From NCBI GenBank assembly GCA_029961055.1, contig JASBVM010000048.1, forward strand, positions 5,600 to 69,599: 64,000 nucleotides of DNA, read 5' to 3'. The DNA comes from Bacillota bacterium. GTDB taxonomy: Bacteria; Bacillota; Sulfobacillia; JAIMAT01. Of the stretch, positions 60,928 to 64,000 are shown piece by piece. The first letter of the stretch is position 1. Every line of letters starts with the position of its first letter. The translations under genes and the position numbers were made by a program. The notes beneath the pieces were generated by a model. It made no database searches and was not told where the DNA came from. It saw only the letters and a program-made list of their open reading frames with translations.

Positions 60928-62099
60928 GTCATGGCGAGGAAGGAAGGGGGTCCCCCGGGAGCGAGCTGCTTCCGGTCTCCGGGGGGGCGCCGCTCTTCCG
61001 CTTGGCGCCGGGCGTGGCGGAGGCGGCCCTGGGCGAGGCCGGCTTCGCCGGCTTCACCGCCGGCGCCGCGGCCGGCGAGCCGGAGGCAGCCCCCCGCCCC
61101 GAGGGGCGGGCGTCGCGAGGGCTTGTGCGGGTGGCGGCGGTGCAGATGGAGCTCCGGCTTCACCGGCGCGCCGCGGACTGGGCGCGGCAGGTGCGCGACC
61201 TGGGCCTGCGCGCCGCCCGCCGCCTGGCCGGTCTGGAGCCGCCCGCCAGGGTGGCCGGCCTCGCGGCAGGACCGGCGCTGATCGCCTTCCCCGAGGACGT
61301 GGCCACGGGTCTGGTCGGACTCCTTCCCGACATCGACGCGCTGGCCGTCCGGGCGGAGCGGGCCCTGCGCGGCGAGATCCCCGCGGAGGAGGCGCCGCGG
61401 GTGGCCGACGTCTTCGCCGCGGTCGGCCCGGCGGCGGAGGAGCTGTACACCCGCGTCTTCGCTGCGCTGGCCCGGGAGACGGGCGCCTGGGTGGCGGCCG
61501 GGAGCGCCAACCTGCCAGGCGGGGACGGCTGCGTCTATAATGTGGCCCACCTCTTCGCCCCCGACGGCCGCCTGGTCGGCCGACAGGCGAAGGCGCACCT
61601 GCTTCCCCTCGAGGCCGCCTGGGGCCTCGTCCCCGGCCGGGAGCTCCAGGTCTGGGAGCTGCCCTGGGGACGGCTCGCCCAGCCGGTCTGCATGGACGCC
61701 ACCTACTTCGAGACCTTCCGCATCGCCCGCGGCCTCGGGGCCGACGTGGTGGTCATCCCCAGCGCCAACCCGGAGCACCCGTACAACGAGTGGACCTCCG
61801 CCCGCGGGATCTGGCCGCGGGTGCAGGAGAGTCAGGTGTACGGGGTACAGGCCTCCATGGTGGGAAGCTTCCTGGGGGTGGAGCTGAGCGGGCGGAGCGG
61901 CATCTTCGCGCCCCTGGAGCTGTCGCCGGGGGGCGATGGCGTGCTCGACCGGCTGGAGGATCCCTACCAGGAAGGAGTGGCCGCGGCCGTGCTCGACCTC
62001 CGGGCGCTGGACGCCTACCGCTCCCGCCACCCGCTGGGCGCGCGCCTCAACCGCGCCGTGATCGGGCAGCTTCTGGAGGCGTACGGCCGGCTTGGGTGA
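60924..62099 (+). CDS. Carbon-nitrogen hydrolase (nitrilase superfamily)
   Basis: VAAVQ, AFPE, YNVAHLF, QAKAHL, VCMD, WPRVQESQVY; GTGA overlap. Confidence 0.88.
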   Translation: MSHGEEGRGSPGSELLPVSGGAPLFRLAPGVAEAALGEAGFAGFTAGAAAGEPEAAPRPEGRASRGLVRVAAVQMELRLHRRAADWARQVRDLGLRAARRLAGLEPPARVAGLAAGPALIAFPEDVATGLVGLLPDIDALAVRAERALRGEIPAEEAPRVADVFAAVGPAAEELYTRVFAALARETGAWVAAGSANLPGGDGCVYNVAHLFAPDGRLVGRQAKAHLLPLEAAWGLVPGRELQVWELPWGRLAQPVCMDATYFETFRIARGLGADVVVIPSANPEHPYNEWTSARGIWPRVQESQVYGVQASMVGSFLGVELSGRSGIFAPLELSPGGDGVLDRLEDPYQEGVAAAVLDLRALDAYRSRHPLGARLNRAVIGQLLEAYGRLG

Positions 62100-63570
62100 G
62101 GGCGAAGGGGTCGAAGGGGGGGCGGCCGCCCGGGTGGCCGCCCGGCTGGCAGCCGCCCCGCGCTTCGCCAGCCCGCCCGGGCTGGAGCGGATGCGGAGGC
62201 TGGCCGAGGCGCTGGGCCACCCCGAGCGCCGGCTCTCGGTGGTCCACCTGGCCGGGACGAACGGGAAGGGCTCCGTCTCCGCCATGGTGGCCTCCATCCT
62301 GGCTGCCGCCGGCCACCGGGTGGCCCTCTTCACCTCGCCCCACCTGGTCGGCTGGGAGGAGCGGATCCGCGTCGGAGGCCGCCCGGTGGGGAGCGGGACG
62401 CTCTGGGCGGCGCTGGAGGTGGTGGAGCGGGCCGACCGCCGCAGCCGGCGGACGGGGGAGCGGGAGCTCCTCCAGTCCGAGCTGCTGACGGCGGCCGCCT
62501 GGTGGCTCGCGGCTTCGGCGGGCGCGGAGTGGCTGGTCCAGGAGACCGGACTGGGCGGGCGCTTCGATCCGACCAACGCCGTGGAGGCTCCGCGGGCGGT
62601 GGCCTGGACACCGGTCGGCCTCGACCACACGCGCATCCTCGGCCGCACCCTCGCCGCCATCGGCCGCGACAAGGCCGGCATCGCCAAACGGGGGGCGGAG
62701 GCGGTCAGCGCGCCGCAACGCCCACCGGTGCGGTCGGCGCTGGAGGCGGCGGTGGCCGCCGCAGGCGGCCGCCTCCGCCTGGGCAACCGCGACTTCCGGG
62801 TGAAGCTCCGCCGTCTCCTGGACCGCTTCGCACCCGGGGACGGCCTGGGCGGAGTGCTCTTCGACTACCGGGGGCCGCGCTGGTCGCTGAAGGGCTTGCA
62901 GGTCCCGCTGGCGGGGGCGCACCAGGCCGGGAACGCAGCCGTCGCGGTCGCCCTGGCCGAGGCGCTGGCGGGGGTGGGCGTGGCGGTCGATCCCGAGGCG
63001 GTCCGGGCGGGCCTCTGCCGGGTCGCCTGGCCCGGCAGGCTGGAACCCTTCGTGGAAGGAGGCCGGCTCTGGGTGCTGGACGGGGCGCACAACCCGCACG
63101 CGGCCGGTGCGCTGGGCCGCTGGCTGCGGGGGAGCGGCGGCGTGCGGGCGACGGTGCTGGCCATCGGCAGCGACAAGGATGCGGCCGGGGTGGTGCGCGC
63201 GCTGGCACCGGCCGGCGGACGACTCCTCGCCCTGGGAGGCCGGCAGGCGGGCTTCACCTTCCACCCGCCGGAGCGCCTCCTGCGCCTCTGGCACGACGCG
63301 GGCGGCCGGACCCCGCTGGGCGCGGCCGCCTCGGCCGAGGAAGCCCTGGCCCAGATCCGGGCCTGGGCCGCGCCGGGCGACCGCATCCTGGTCACGGGCT
63401 CACTCCATCTGGTCGGGCTCTTCCGCCCGCTCCTGGCGGGGGCCTCGGGGCAGCCCGGCGCGGTTCCCGGCGAGGCTGTCCTCGCCGGGACGGACGGGCG
63501 GCCGGCCCTCCCCCGCGGGGCCGGCTTCGCGCTCGAGGATCCGGCCCAGCTCCATGTCGCCCAGCCTTAG
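62092..63570 (+). CDS. folC: Folylpolyglutamate/dihydrofolate synthase
   Basis: HLAGTNGKGS, FTSPHL, ERIR, ETGLGGRFDPTN, GLDH, KAGI, WPGRLE, LDGAHN, VTGSLHLVG. Confidence 0.94.
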   Translation: MGEGEGVEGGAAARVAARLAAAPRFASPPGLERMRRLAEALGHPERRLSVVHLAGTNGKGSVSAMVASILAAAGHRVALFTSPHLVGWEERIRVGGRPVGSGTLWAALEVVERADRRSRRTGERELLQSELLTAAAWWLAASAGAEWLVQETGLGGRFDPTNAVEAPRAVAWTPVGLDHTRILGRTLAAIGRDKAGIAKRGAEAVSAPQRPPVRSALEAAVAAAGGRLRLGNRDFRVKLRRLLDRFAPGDGLGGVLFDYRGPRWSLKGLQVPLAGAHQAGNAAVAVALAEALAGVGVAVDPEAVRAGLCRVAWPGRLEPFVEGGRLWVLDGAHNPHAAGALGRWLRGSGGVRATVLAIGSDKDAAGVVRALAPAGGRLLALGGRQAGFTFHPPERLLRLWHDAGGRTPLGAAASAEEALAQIRAWAAPGDRILVTGSLHLVGLFRPLLAGASGQPGAVPGEAVLAGTDGRPALPRGAGFALEDPAQLHVAQP

Positions 63571-63845
63571 CCGGAAACCCCGCCGCTCGCTGAGGGGGGT
63601 GTAGGGAGGTCGCCCGGCGGCGGCTTCCTGATGCGACGAATGCGACGGAGAAGGCGAAGAAGAAGAGGACCGACCGCGCTCGATGGGATCCATGCTCCGC
63701 CAGCCTCCCGGGGACCTAGTCTGTGGAGGAGCCTCGCTCCTCCATTCACCAGGTCGCTGGGGTTCCGTGGGGCGGCTTCCAGGGGTCCGGGGACCGTCGG
63801 TCGATGTGACTGCCCTATAATTGCAGCCAGCAGGGAGGTGGCCGC

Positions 63846-64000
63846 ATGCCGTGGCTGTTCGTCATGTTCACCGCGGTGATCCTCATCCTCCTGCTGCTGG
63901 CCGACCACGTGAAGAACCGCTTCCAGCACACCCCGTCCAGCCGGCGGACCCTGGCGGTGGAGGGCCTCGCGGTGGCGGGGGGCGCCGCGCTGCTGGCCTG
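63846..64000 (+). CDS. Membrane protein of unknown function, 5' part (runs off window end)
   Basis: TATAAT at 63816-63821, GGGAGGTG RBS, MPWLFVMFTAVILILLLLADHVKNRF... open to the end. Confidence 0.65.
   Translation, partial: MPWLFVMFTAVILILLLLADHVKNRFQHTPSSRRTLAVEGLAVAGGAALLA

Overview
Very GC-rich, densely coding chromosomal window, most consistent with a spore-forming Bacillota (T-box riboswitch, GlpP, HutP, SspF, AroH, Bacillus-type SdhCAB). In order: T-box-led ilvN (partial) divergent from leuCD-ilvD; a glycerol/dihydroxyacetone operon (glpP, glpF, glpK, an unusual dehydrogenase module, dhaKLM, mtnA); cydABDC; an OsmC / ArsR-rhodanese / PLP C-S lyase module; sspF; fumC; split MetE + YitJ + cysE; a Rieske/cytochrome b operon with a hidden small membrane ORF, diheme cytochrome c and a 4-cluster ferredoxin; panT-coaX; comA; canonical sdhCAB; ABC1 kinase, ychF-like, hutP, GGDEF; a shikimate operon; a nitrilase-family pair; folC. 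The best candidate for an undescribed system is at 8079-10941: a GlpA-type flavoprotein fused to an SdhB/FrdB-type Fe-S domain, followed by coupled SdhC- and SdhD-like anchors, i.e. a putative complex-II-like glycerol-3-phosphate:quinone oxidoreductase. No rRNA, tRNA, CRISPR array or mobile element was recognised. All calls are by eye from motifs; no database searches were run, so novelty claims are unverified.
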